A DNA stretch of 32,000 bases from an uncultured Actinomycetes bacterium. Its GTDB lineage: Bacteria; Actinomycetota; Actinomycetes; S36-B12; CAIYMF01. Under the pieces are notes generated by a model. That model did no database searches. It was given only the letters and a program-made list of their open reading frames with translations, and was not told the DNA's origin. The position numbers and the translations under genes are program-made. The stretch spans positions 1,350,001 to 1,382,000 of the forward strand of contig CAWJMG010000003.1 of assembly GCA_963843975.1 (NCBI GenBank). Direction: 5' to 3'. Of the stretch, positions 8,645-15,766 are shown piece after piece. Numbering within the stretch: the stretch's first letter is position 1; every line of letters starts with the position of its first letter.

Positions 8645-9991
8645 GTGCCCCCGAAGACCGACCGCCGGCACCGGCAGGGTCACGAGTCACGGGTGCGGAT
8701 CCTCGAGGCGGCGCTCGAGATCGCAGCCGAGCGCGGGTACGACGGCACGACCGTCGCACTGGTCACCGAGCGCACGGGCCTGCCTGCGTCGTCGGTCTAC
8801 TGGCACTTCAAGAACAAGGACGCGCTCCTCGCCGAGACGCTCGAGCACAGCTACCGGATCTGGCGCGAGGGGACGCCGACCCGCGACCCCTCCGACGTCG
8901 GCGAACCTGCAGACCGTGTGCGGCACCGGTTCGCCCAGATGCGCGACGGGCTCTCGTCGGCGCCAGAGTTCTGGCGTCTCGGCCTCATGCTGGCGCTGCT
9001 GCGGGGTGACGAGCAGATCGCCGCGCGGGCCAGATTCCTCCAGGTACGTCAGGAGACGCTCGACGCCACCGTCGCCTGGTGGGACGACGTCCTGCCGGAC
9101 GGGACCTCCACGAGGCACCCCGACCTGTCGGCCGTGCTGACCCAGCTGCTCATGGCCTCGGGCGACGGCCTCTTCGTAGCTGCGCAGACCGAGCGGGCCT
9201 GGAACTTCGCGCGCCTCACGGACTCGCTCGGCCGGGCCTTTGCCGCGGTCGCGCCACGCCTCGCAGCCGCTCCCCGACGACGCCGCACGACCGCGTCGCG
9301 GGACACCGACGAGGGCCTGGGCCCCCGTGCCGCGCCCGAGGAGTCGCGCGCCCGGTTGCTCGCAGCGGCGGCCGAGGTAGCCACCGAGCGCGGCTACGTC
9401 GGGACGACGATCTCCCGCGTCTGCGAGCGGTCGGGGCTTCCGGTGAGCTCCCTCTACTGGTTCTTCGACGACAAGGACGCCCTTCTGGCCGCCGTCGTGC
9501 AGCACTCGTTCGACGAGTGGCTGGACCTCCAGCCCACCTGGACGCTGGCGACGACGGGCGACATGCGCGTCACGGTCCTCACCCGTGTCCTGCGCCGCAC
9601 GACCCGTAGCTTCGGCGACGCCCCCGACTTCCTGCGCATCGGGCACATGGTGGCGCTGGAGCGGCAGGACGAGGATCCGGCCGCTCGGGTGCTGTTCCTG
9701 CGGATCCGGCGCGACGTGGAGAAGTCGCTCACGGCATGGTTCGCCGGAACTCTCTCCGCCGGCCCGGCCGCCGGCGACCGCGAGCTCCCCCGCACGCTGG
9801 CCCGCCTCGTCATGGCCATCACGGACGGGCTCTTCCTCGCCGAGCAGATGGACTCCTGGGACTGGGACTTCGATGCGCTGGTCGACGCTCTCGTCGCCGT
9901 GCTCGAGGAGATCGTGGCGCAGCGGGAGGACGAGCTCACTGCGAAGGCGAAGGCCGCGGCCCGTGCCCGTCGCGCCGCTGCGCGGGCCTGA
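8645..9991 (+). CDS. TetR/AcrR-family regulator made of two complete tandem TetR repeats (single-chain pseudo-dimer)
   Basis: Two TetR_N HTHs are present: RILEAALEIAAERGYDGTTVALVTERTGLPASSVYWHFKNKDALL (aa ~17-60) and RLLAAAAEVATERGYVGTTISRVCERSGLPVSSLYWFFDDKDALL (aa ~245-290). Each is followed by a similar ligand-domain segment (FWRLGLMLALLRGDE / FLRIGHMVALERQDE). GTG start at 8645 after GAGGAGAGGACGAGGA. Confidence 0.85.
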   Translation: MPPKTDRRHRQGHESRVRILEAALEIAAERGYDGTTVALVTERTGLPASSVYWHFKNKDALLAETLEHSYRIWREGTPTRDPSDVGEPADRVRHRFAQMRDGLSSAPEFWRLGLMLALLRGDEQIAARARFLQVRQETLDATVAWWDDVLPDGTSTRHPDLSAVLTQLLMASGDGLFVAAQTERAWNFARLTDSLGRAFAAVAPRLAAAPRRRRTTASRDTDEGLGPRAAPEESRARLLAAAAEVATERGYVGTTISRVCERSGLPVSSLYWFFDDKDALLAAVVQHSFDEWLDLQPTWTLATTGDMRVTVLTRVLRRTTRSFGDAPDFLRIGHMVALERQDEDPAARVLFLRIRRDVEKSLTAWFAGTLSAGPAAGDRELPRTLARLVMAITDGLFLAEQMDSWDWDFDALVDALVAVLEEIVAQREDELTAKAKAAARARRAAARA

Positions 9992-10051
9992 CCGTCCCGG
10001 CGGACGGCACCTGTGTTGTCGTCCGCTGCCACGTCGTACCACGATGCGGGG

Positions 10052-10468
10052 ATGAGCCTGCTCACCTTGGACATCACCCGCACCCTGCTGGACGCCGTCG
10101 TCACGGAGGCGGCTGGGCGTGGTGAGCGCATCAGCGTCGTGATCGTCGACGCGCACGGCGACGTGGTCGGCTCTCTGCGCATGGACGGCGCCCCGGGGTT
10201 CACCCCGTCGGTGGCCAGGGCGAAGGCGCGGACCTCGGTTCTGATGCGTGCGGACAGCGGAGCCCTCGCCGGCCTCAAGGCGGACTACCCCGAGCTGATC
10301 GACCAGATCACCGAGCACGCCGGGTTCCGCGTCACGACGCTGCCCGGGGCCGTGGTGCTGCAGGGTGGCGACTCGACGCTCGGTGCCGTGGCGGTGAGCG
10401 GGGCACACCCCGACGTCGACGTCGCATGCGCGGAGACCGCACGCTCGCTCTGGCTGACCCTCCCCTGA
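10052..10468 (+). CDS. GlcG/HbpS-like (DUF336) putative heme-binding protein
   Basis: MSLLTLDITRTLLDAVV...VVIVDAHGDVVGSLRMDGAP...ARAKARTS...GAVAVSGAHPDVDVACA matches the DUF336 pattern. Start at ATG 10052; the track ORF begins at 10013. Confidence 0.75.
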   Translation: MSLLTLDITRTLLDAVVTEAAGRGERISVVIVDAHGDVVGSLRMDGAPGFTPSVARAKARTSVLMRADSGALAGLKADYPELIDQITEHAGFRVTTLPGAVVLQGGDSTLGAVAVSGAHPDVDVACAETARSLWLTLP

Positions 10469-10472
10469 CGCA

Positions 10473-10512
10473 CGGGAGTGCCAGAGACCACAAAGGTCTT
10501 CTGGCACTCCCG
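10473..10512. terminator. strong stem-loop between convergent genes (bidirectional terminator candidate)
   Basis: CGGGAGTGCCAGAGACC / loop ACAAA / GGTCTTCTGGCACTCCCG, giving 13+4 bp with one bulged T. It lies between the glcG-like stop (10468) and the dioxygenase stop (10528). No U-tract on either strand. Confidence 0.6.
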
Positions 10513-10527
10513 TCGTGCTGCAGCGGG

Positions 10528-11421
10528 CTAGGCGTCGATGACGTCGGGGGCGTTCTGGACGCGCACGTGGCCCCAGAAGCTCGGGACGTCGTATCGGCCC
10601 GGGAGCCACTGGTCGTCGTCGATGGTGAGGCCACCGGTGCCGTACTCGATCTGGAAGCCCGACGGGGTGCGCACGTAGAACGAGATCATCTGGTCGTTCG
10701 AGTGGCGCCCGAGCGACATCGCGAGAGGGGCGAATCCGTCCTCGACGACCTTGGAGTAGGCGCGGCCCACGGCGTCGATGTCGTCGACCTCGAACATGAT
10801 GTGGCCGATGCCCGGGGGCACTCCGGGCACGGCCGCGAACGCCATCGAGTGGTGCCGCTCGTTGCAGTGCGTGAAGGTTGCGGCCAGCGGCCCGAAGTCG
10901 ATGTAGTCGCTGAACTTGAAGCCCAGGATGTCGAAGTAGAGCCTGTTGTACGCCGCCTCGTCGCTGACCATCTGGAACACGTGGCCCGCGCCGCCCGCAC
11001 CGGTGACGAAGCGCGCGGCTGTCGGCGACACGAACACGGCCCGCGGCTCGCGGAAGCCGTAGAAGAGCTCGACCGAGATGCCGTCGGGGTCGTCGAAGGT
11101 CACGAGTCCGCTGACGTACCGCTCACGGTAGGCGACCTGCGGATCCTCGCGCTTGATGGCGTAGCCCTCGGCCTCGAGTCGCTGTGCGACCTCCTCGAGC
11201 TCGGCAGCACCCGCAACCTCCCAGCCGAGCACGGTGACTCCGTCGCGGTCGGCCTTGCGGATGTCGAGGCGGTACTCCTTGTGGTCGCACCGCAACCGCA
11301 GCATGTCGTCGGTGCGCTCAGCCACGGCGAACCCGAGCAGCTCGGTGGCGAAGGTCTCCCACGCGTCAAGGTCGGTCGCCGAGACGACGGCGTACCCGAA
11401 CCCCCTGATCCGTGCGGTCAT
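10528..11421 (-). CDS. type I extradiol ring-cleavage dioxygenase (BphC/HsaC, 2,3-dihydroxybiphenyl 1,2-dioxygenase-like; VOC superfamily)
   Basis: 297 aa. Two-domain VOC pattern with metal ligand regions GAGHVFQM, HCNERHHSMAF, HIMFEV and GRHSNDQMISFYVRTPSGFQIEYG. Confidence 0.9.
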   Translation of the reverse strand: MTARIRGFGYAVVSATDLDAWETFATELLGFAVAERTDDMLRLRCDHKEYRLDIRKADRDGVTVLGWEVAGAAELEEVAQRLEAEGYAIKREDPQVAYRERYVSGLVTFDDPDGISVELFYGFREPRAVFVSPTAARFVTGAGGAGHVFQMVSDEAAYNRLYFDILGFKFSDYIDFGPLAATFTHCNERHHSMAFAAVPGVPPGIGHIMFEVDDIDAVGRAYSKVVEDGFAPLAMSLGRHSNDQMISFYVRTPSGFQIEYGTGGLTIDDDQWLPGRYDVPSFWGHVRVQNAPDVIDA

Positions 11422-11466
11422 GGGACTGGTTCCTCTCTGTCGAGCGCTGGTGGGTCGTACCGGGGC

Positions 11467-12306
11467 TCAGCGGTTGCTGACGAAATCGGTGACGAGGCGG
11501 TTGAACTCGGCCGAGTGCTCCACCTGGGCCCAGTGGCCGCAGCGGTTGAGCAGCATGAGGCGCGAGTCGGGGATCATCGCCGTGAGCGCGAGGCTGTTCT
11601 CGTAGTGCACGACGCGGTCGTCCCTGCCGTGGAACAGCAGCGCAGGCGTGCGGATCGAGAGGACGTCATCCACGGTCGGCCAGAAGGGAAAGGCCTTGCC
11701 GATACCGGCGACGAAGTTCTCGAGGTGGTCTGGCCGGGCGAGCGCGGCGTCCGAGCGCTGCTGCGCAAGCGCATCAGTGGCGTTGGCGGGGTCGAACGTC
11801 ATGATCTCGACGAGTCGCTTCATGCTGGCCGGCGACGGGTCGCGATAGGCCTCCTGCAGCACCTTGAGGCCCTCGGTCGGGCCGTCGCCGGCACCGAAGA
11901 GCCGCGGCCCCGGAGCGCCAGGGCCCATCGTGACGAGGTGCGAGATGCGGTCGGGGTGCAGGGCCGCGAACCGCAGTGCGGTCATGCCGCCCATTGAGTT
12001 GCCGACGAACGCGGCCTTCTCGATCCCGAGGGTGTCGAGGAGGTCGAGCGCGGCGCCGGCATGGTCGCGCTCGTCGAACGTGACCGCGTCCGACAGACCC
12101 CATCCCGGCATGTCGACGGCGATCACACGGAACCGCTCGGCCAGCGCAGGCATGTTGGGGCCGAAGTTGCTCCAGCCGGTGGCACCAGGGCCGCTTCCGT
12201 GCAGCATGACCACCGGGTGGCCCTCGCCCGCCTCGTTGCAGTGGATCTTCCAGCGGGGGGTCTCGACCGTCCGGCTCGTCGACTCGAACGTGAGGTCGCG
12301 CGCCAC
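11467..12306 (-). CDS. meta-cleavage product (C-C bond) hydrolase, BphD/HsaD/MhpC alpha/beta-hydrolase family, copy 1
   Basis: HGSGPGA, nucleophile GNSMGG, HGRDDRVV and CGHWAQVEH. Start moved to GTG 12306-12304 (VARDLTFE) because GGAGGAG lies 5 nt upstream and the N-terminus then aligns with the paralog. The track ORF starts at 12348. Confidence 0.88.
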   Translation of the reverse strand: MARDLTFESTSRTVETPRWKIHCNEAGEGHPVVMLHGSGPGATGWSNFGPNMPALAERFRVIAVDMPGWGLSDAVTFDERDHAGAALDLLDTLGIEKAAFVGNSMGGMTALRFAALHPDRISHLVTMGPGAPGPRLFGAGDGPTEGLKVLQEAYRDPSPASMKRLVEIMTFDPANATDALAQQRSDAALARPDHLENFVAGIGKAFPFWPTVDDVLSIRTPALLFHGRDDRVVHYENSLALTAMIPDSRLMLLNRCGHWAQVEHSAEFNRLVTDFVSNR

Positions 12307-12410
12307 GACGGCTCCTCCCGGTTGCGCGAGGCTGATCCACGCGGTCACGGGAGCGTCGCACGCACGTGCCGGGCTGCCCCAGCGTCACGTGCCGGTCGGC
12401 GGAACGGCGC

Positions 12411-13610
12411 TCAGGCGGCACCTGCGGGGCGCGGGACGACCAGCAGGAGCATGAGCAGGGCACCCAGCGCGGCGATCAGCATCGTGGCGGGCATCGCCCA
12501 CGCGCCGGGCACGAGCGCGGACACGATCGGCGGGACAAGGGCACCCGCGAGGAACTGCGATGTGCCGAGCAGCCCGGACGCCGTGCCCGCCACGCGCCCG
12601 TGCGGCGTCATCGCAAGCGACTGGGAGTTCGCCGCCATGCCGCCGTACCCGCCGAGCGCTACGACGGCCGTGCCGACGACCCAGGGCAGCGGGACGTCGC
12701 GCACTATCGCGACGAGCAGGAGAAGAGACGCCGCGGCGATGACCGCCAGCCCACGCAGCAACGCACGACGGGGCCCGATCCGGCCGACCGACCACGCGTT
12801 GGCCTGGGCCCCGAGGACGAAGGCGGTCGCCGTGCAGGCGAACACGGCCGAGTACTGCTGCGGCGTGACGCCGTACTGCCCGGTGAGCACGAACGAGCTC
12901 GAGGAGATCCAGCTGAACAGGATGATGCCGAGGAACGAGCCGACACCGAGGTAGCCGAGGAAGGCGCGGTCGCGCAGCAGCCGGCGCACCTCTGCCCACT
13001 GCTCCCGTGGGTGCCCGTCCAGGCGCGCGTGCTCGGGGTGCGTCTCGGGGAGCAGGAAGAACGCCGCAGCGAGGATGACGAGCCCCAGCCCGGCGAGGAC
13101 CACGAACAGGCCTCGCCAGTCGGTCACGCGCAGCAGCTGGCCGCCGAGCACCGGCCCCAGCACCGGGGCGAGCCCCATCACGAGGATGAGCCGAGACAGC
13201 ACCCGTGCAGCCGCGGCGCCCTCGACCAGGTCGCGCACGCAGGCCCGGGCGATGACTGTGCCCGCCGATCCTGCCAGGCCCTGGACGAAGCGCAGAGCGA
13301 GCAGCACCTCGATACTCGGGGCGACGGCGCAGAGGAGGCTGGCCGCCACGAATACGGCGAAGCCGACCAGCAGCGGGGCGCGACGCCCCGTCCGGTCGCT
13401 GATCGGGCCCATCACCAGCTGGCCCAGGGCCAGCCCGACGATCGTCGCCGAGATGGTGAGCTGCGCCTGAGCGCTCGAGCTGCCCAGCGACGCCGCGAGG
13501 TCAGGCAGGCCCGGGAGGTACAGGTCCGTCGCCAGGGGCGCCAGCATGATCAGAGACCCGAGGACGAAGTACATCTGGAGCGGGAACGACCCAACGGTCC
13601 CCTCGCGCAT
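12411..13610 (-). CDS. MFS transporter, Bcr/CflA (DHA1, 12 TMS) family
   Basis: LAPLATDLYLPGLP, GPISDRTGRR and RFVQGLAGSAG motifs. Start is either ATG 13610 (GAGGA 5 nt upstream, used here) or GTG 13628 (track). Confidence 0.85.
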   Translation of the reverse strand: MREGTVGSFPLQMYFVLGSLIMLAPLATDLYLPGLPDLAASLGSSSAQAQLTISATIVGLALGQLVMGPISDRTGRRAPLLVGFAVFVAASLLCAVAPSIEVLLALRFVQGLAGSAGTVIARACVRDLVEGAAAARVLSRLILVMGLAPVLGPVLGGQLLRVTDWRGLFVVLAGLGLVILAAAFFLLPETHPEHARLDGHPREQWAEVRRLLRDRAFLGYLGVGSFLGIILFSWISSSSFVLTGQYGVTPQQYSAVFACTATAFVLGAQANAWSVGRIGPRRALLRGLAVIAAASLLLLVAIVRDVPLPWVVGTAVVALGGYGGMAANSQSLAMTPHGRVAGTASGLLGTSQFLAGALVPPIVSALVPGAWAMPATMLIAALGALLMLLLVVPRPAGAA

Positions 13611-13658
13611 CCCGGTCCTCGTCGTCACCCGGTCATGAATACCCGCTCGTCAGGCGGC

Positions 13659-13672
13659 CGGCGGTACCGCCG
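13659..13672. promoter_or_regulatory. perfect 14-bp palindrome CGGCGGTACCGCCG in the MFS/hydrolase-2 divergent intergenic region (candidate operator)
   Basis: Read directly from the sequence. It is followed by TACCGGTCACCGG, which repeats the TACCG element. It sits in the ~135-150-bp divergent promoter region. Confidence 0.3.
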
Positions 13673-13762
13673 TACCGGTCACCGGCACGACCGCGTTCCA
13701 GCCGGACCGGTGCTGGCCCGACGATCGAGCGACACCCCTACCACCCACCGGAGCGATGACCC

Positions 13763-14614
13763 ATGCCCCTTGAGCTCACCGACGAGGCGACCAGCCGGTA
13801 CGTCCGCACGCCGAGCTGGAACATCCACTACAACGAGGCCGGCGAGGGCCACCCGGTGATCCTGCTGCACGGCAGCGGTGCCGGTGCCTCGGGCTGGAGC
13901 AACTTCCGGCCCAACATCGCACCGCTCGCGGAGAGCTTCCGCGTGATCGCGATGGACGCCCCGGGCTGGGGTCGGTCGGACGCGGCGCTGCCCGAGGTCT
14001 ACGACCACCCCAACGCCGTCCTCGAGCTCATGGACGCCCTCGGCATCGAGAGGGCCGCGCTCATCGGCAACTCGATGGGCGGCATGACCGCGGTGACCTT
14101 CGCCGCCCGCTACCCCGACCGGATCTCGCACCTCATCACGATGGGTCCGGGCGCCTTCATCACGACGCCGACCCTCTTCGGCGCCGGCGACGGCCCCAGC
14201 GAGGGGCTCAAGGTGCTGTTCGAGGGCTACCGGGACCCGACGCAGGCCACGATGAAGAAGCTCGTCGAGATCATGACCTTCGACTCTGCGAACGCCACCG
14301 ACGAGCTCGCTGCCCAACGTGCCGAGAACGCCCAGGCGCGTCCCGAGCACCTCACCAACTTCCTGCAGGGGATGGCGGGTGGAGGCCCTGTCCGCACCGC
14401 GGCCACGGTGGAGCAGGCGGCTGGCATCCGTACGCCGACCCTTCTGCTGCACGGCCGCGACGACCGCGTCGTGCACTTCGAGCACTCGCTGCGACTCGTC
14501 TCGGTGATCCCCGACTCACGGTTGGTGCTGCTCAACCGTTGCGGTCACTGGGCGCAGCTCGAGCATGCGGACGAGTTCAACAGGATCGTGACGGACTTCG
14601 TCCAGAACGCCTGA
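13763..14614 (+). CDS. meta-cleavage product hydrolase, BphD/HsaD/MhpC family, copy 2 (paralog of 11467-12306)
   Basis: 283 aa with HGSGAGA, GNSMGG, HGRDDRVV and CGHWAQLEH. By eye it is roughly two-thirds identical to copy 1 along the full length. Confidence 0.9.
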   Translation: MPLELTDEATSRYVRTPSWNIHYNEAGEGHPVILLHGSGAGASGWSNFRPNIAPLAESFRVIAMDAPGWGRSDAALPEVYDHPNAVLELMDALGIERAALIGNSMGGMTAVTFAARYPDRISHLITMGPGAFITTPTLFGAGDGPSEGLKVLFEGYRDPTQATMKKLVEIMTFDSANATDELAAQRAENAQARPEHLTNFLQGMAGGGPVRTAATVEQAAGIRTPTLLLHGRDDRVVHFEHSLRLVSVIPDSRLVLLNRCGHWAQLEHADEFNRIVTDFVQNA

Positions 14615-14615
14615 C

Positions 14616-14669
14616 CGCACGACGAAGGGGGCCGGCCACATCCTGCGAGCCGGCCCCCTTCGTCGTGCG
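14616..14669. terminator. perfect 21-bp stem-loop between convergent genes (bidirectional terminator candidate)
   Basis: CGCACGACGAAGGGGGCCGGC (14616-14636), 12-nt loop, GCCGGCCCCCTTCGTCGTGCG (14649-14669). It starts 2 nt after the hydrolase-2 stop and ends 9 nt before the permease stop. Confidence 0.7.
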
Positions 14670-14677
14670 TGCCGGCG

Positions 14678-15766
14678 TCAGACCGTCCGCGAGCGGTTGC
14701 GGACGATCTTCGCCAGGGCGACGGCCACGACGAGGCCGGCACCGTAGAAGACGTTCTGGATCCAGCCCGCGAAGCCGAGCAGCTGGAGCCCGAAGATGCC
14801 GGTCCACAGGAAGTAGATGGCGATCAGCGTGCCGATGGGATTGAACATGCCGGGCTGCACGACGGCGGTGCCGAGGAAGACCGCCGCGAGCGCCGGGAGC
14901 AGGAACTGTCCCGACGACGTCGGGTCGAAGCCGCCCAGGGTCGACACGAGCACGAGGCCCGCGAGACCGGCGACGAGCGAGGACCACATGTACGCACCGA
15001 AGCGGATCCGGTTCACCCGTACGCCTGCCAGACGCGCGACCTCGCGATTCGCGCCGACGAAGAGGATGTGGCGGCCCAGCGGCGTGTAGGCCATGAGGTA
15101 CGCGATGCCGACGGCGAGTGCCACGCCGTAGAAGAAGGACACCGGCATGCCGAGGACGGGGAACGACGCCAGGTTGCTGAAGATGTCGTCCTGGATGGAC
15201 ACGACGTTGGACGACGACAGCGCCTGTGAGAGGCCGATGAGCAGCGTGCCCGTGCCGAGCGTGACGACGAGGGACGAGACGTCGAGCACCACGACGAAGT
15301 AGGCGTTGACGGCGCCCACCACGAGGCAGGCGGCGAGCGCGATCAGGCATGCCACCCAGATGTTGACCCCGTGCAGTCCGGCGAGGACCGGCACGATCGT
15401 CGCGGCCAGACCCATGATCGAGGCGACCGACAGGTCGAACTCCCCCACCATCAGGGTGATCAAGGCCGACATCGCGAGGAACACCAGCACAGGCTGGCCG
15501 CCGAAGATGGCGCGCACAGCCCCCCAGGAGCCGAACGAGTCGGGCATCAGGAGGTAGTAGACGAGCGCCAGCGCCGCCCACACCAGCACCAGCGCGTACT
15601 TGCTGGTGACGACATGCAGCCACTGCGGCTCGTAGCGGCTGCGCAGCGTCACGCGGCTCGGCAGCTCCGCCGCCTCGGCCGGCTGGCCGCTGTCGCTGAC
15701 GAGGCGCTGCGTCGCGTCGTCGTCCGCGCTCAGACGCTCGGCTGCGGTCTCGGTCTCGTGCGTCAC
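14678..15766 (-). CDS. ABC transporter permease, RbsC/XylH-like (CUT2 sugar-type, BPD_transp_2)
   Basis: The C-terminal 362 codons of the 872-aa track ORF are multi-TMS with family-typical GEFDLSVASIMGLA and PLGRHILFVGANREVARLAGVRV. GTG start at 15766-15764, with CAGGAGG 6 nt upstream. GTGA overlap with the ATPase stop. Confidence 0.85.
   Translation of the reverse strand: MTHETETAAERLSADDDATQRLVSDSGQPAEAAELPSRVTLRSRYEPQWLHVVTSKYALVLVWAALALVYYLLMPDSFGSWGAVRAIFGGQPVLVFLAMSALITLMVGEFDLSVASIMGLAATIVPVLAGLHGVNIWVACLIALAACLVVGAVNAYFVVVLDVSSLVVTLGTGTLLIGLSQALSSSNVVSIQDDIFSNLASFPVLGMPVSFFYGVALAVGIAYLMAYTPLGRHILFVGANREVARLAGVRVNRIRFGAYMWSSLVAGLAGLVLVSTLGGFDPTSSGQFLLPALAAVFLGTAVVQPGMFNPIGTLIAIYFLWTGIFGLQLLGFAGWIQNVFYGAGLVVAVALAKIVRNRSRTV

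Noticed and set aside
8687-10609. Very long antisense or off-frame ORFs. Examples: 8687..10609(-), 10426..11997(+), 19636..21216(-), 21971..23287(-), 24662..26179(-), 26086..27438(-), 27795..29261(+), 2599..3975(+), 5951..7162(+), 7026..8105(+), 29156..30136(-), 14577..15623(-)
   Set aside because: All are Arg/Pro/Gly/Ala/His-rich with no family motifs, and all lie opposite or out of frame to genes with clear homology and correct third-position GC bias. These are typical stop-codon-poor shadow ORFs of GC-rich DNA.
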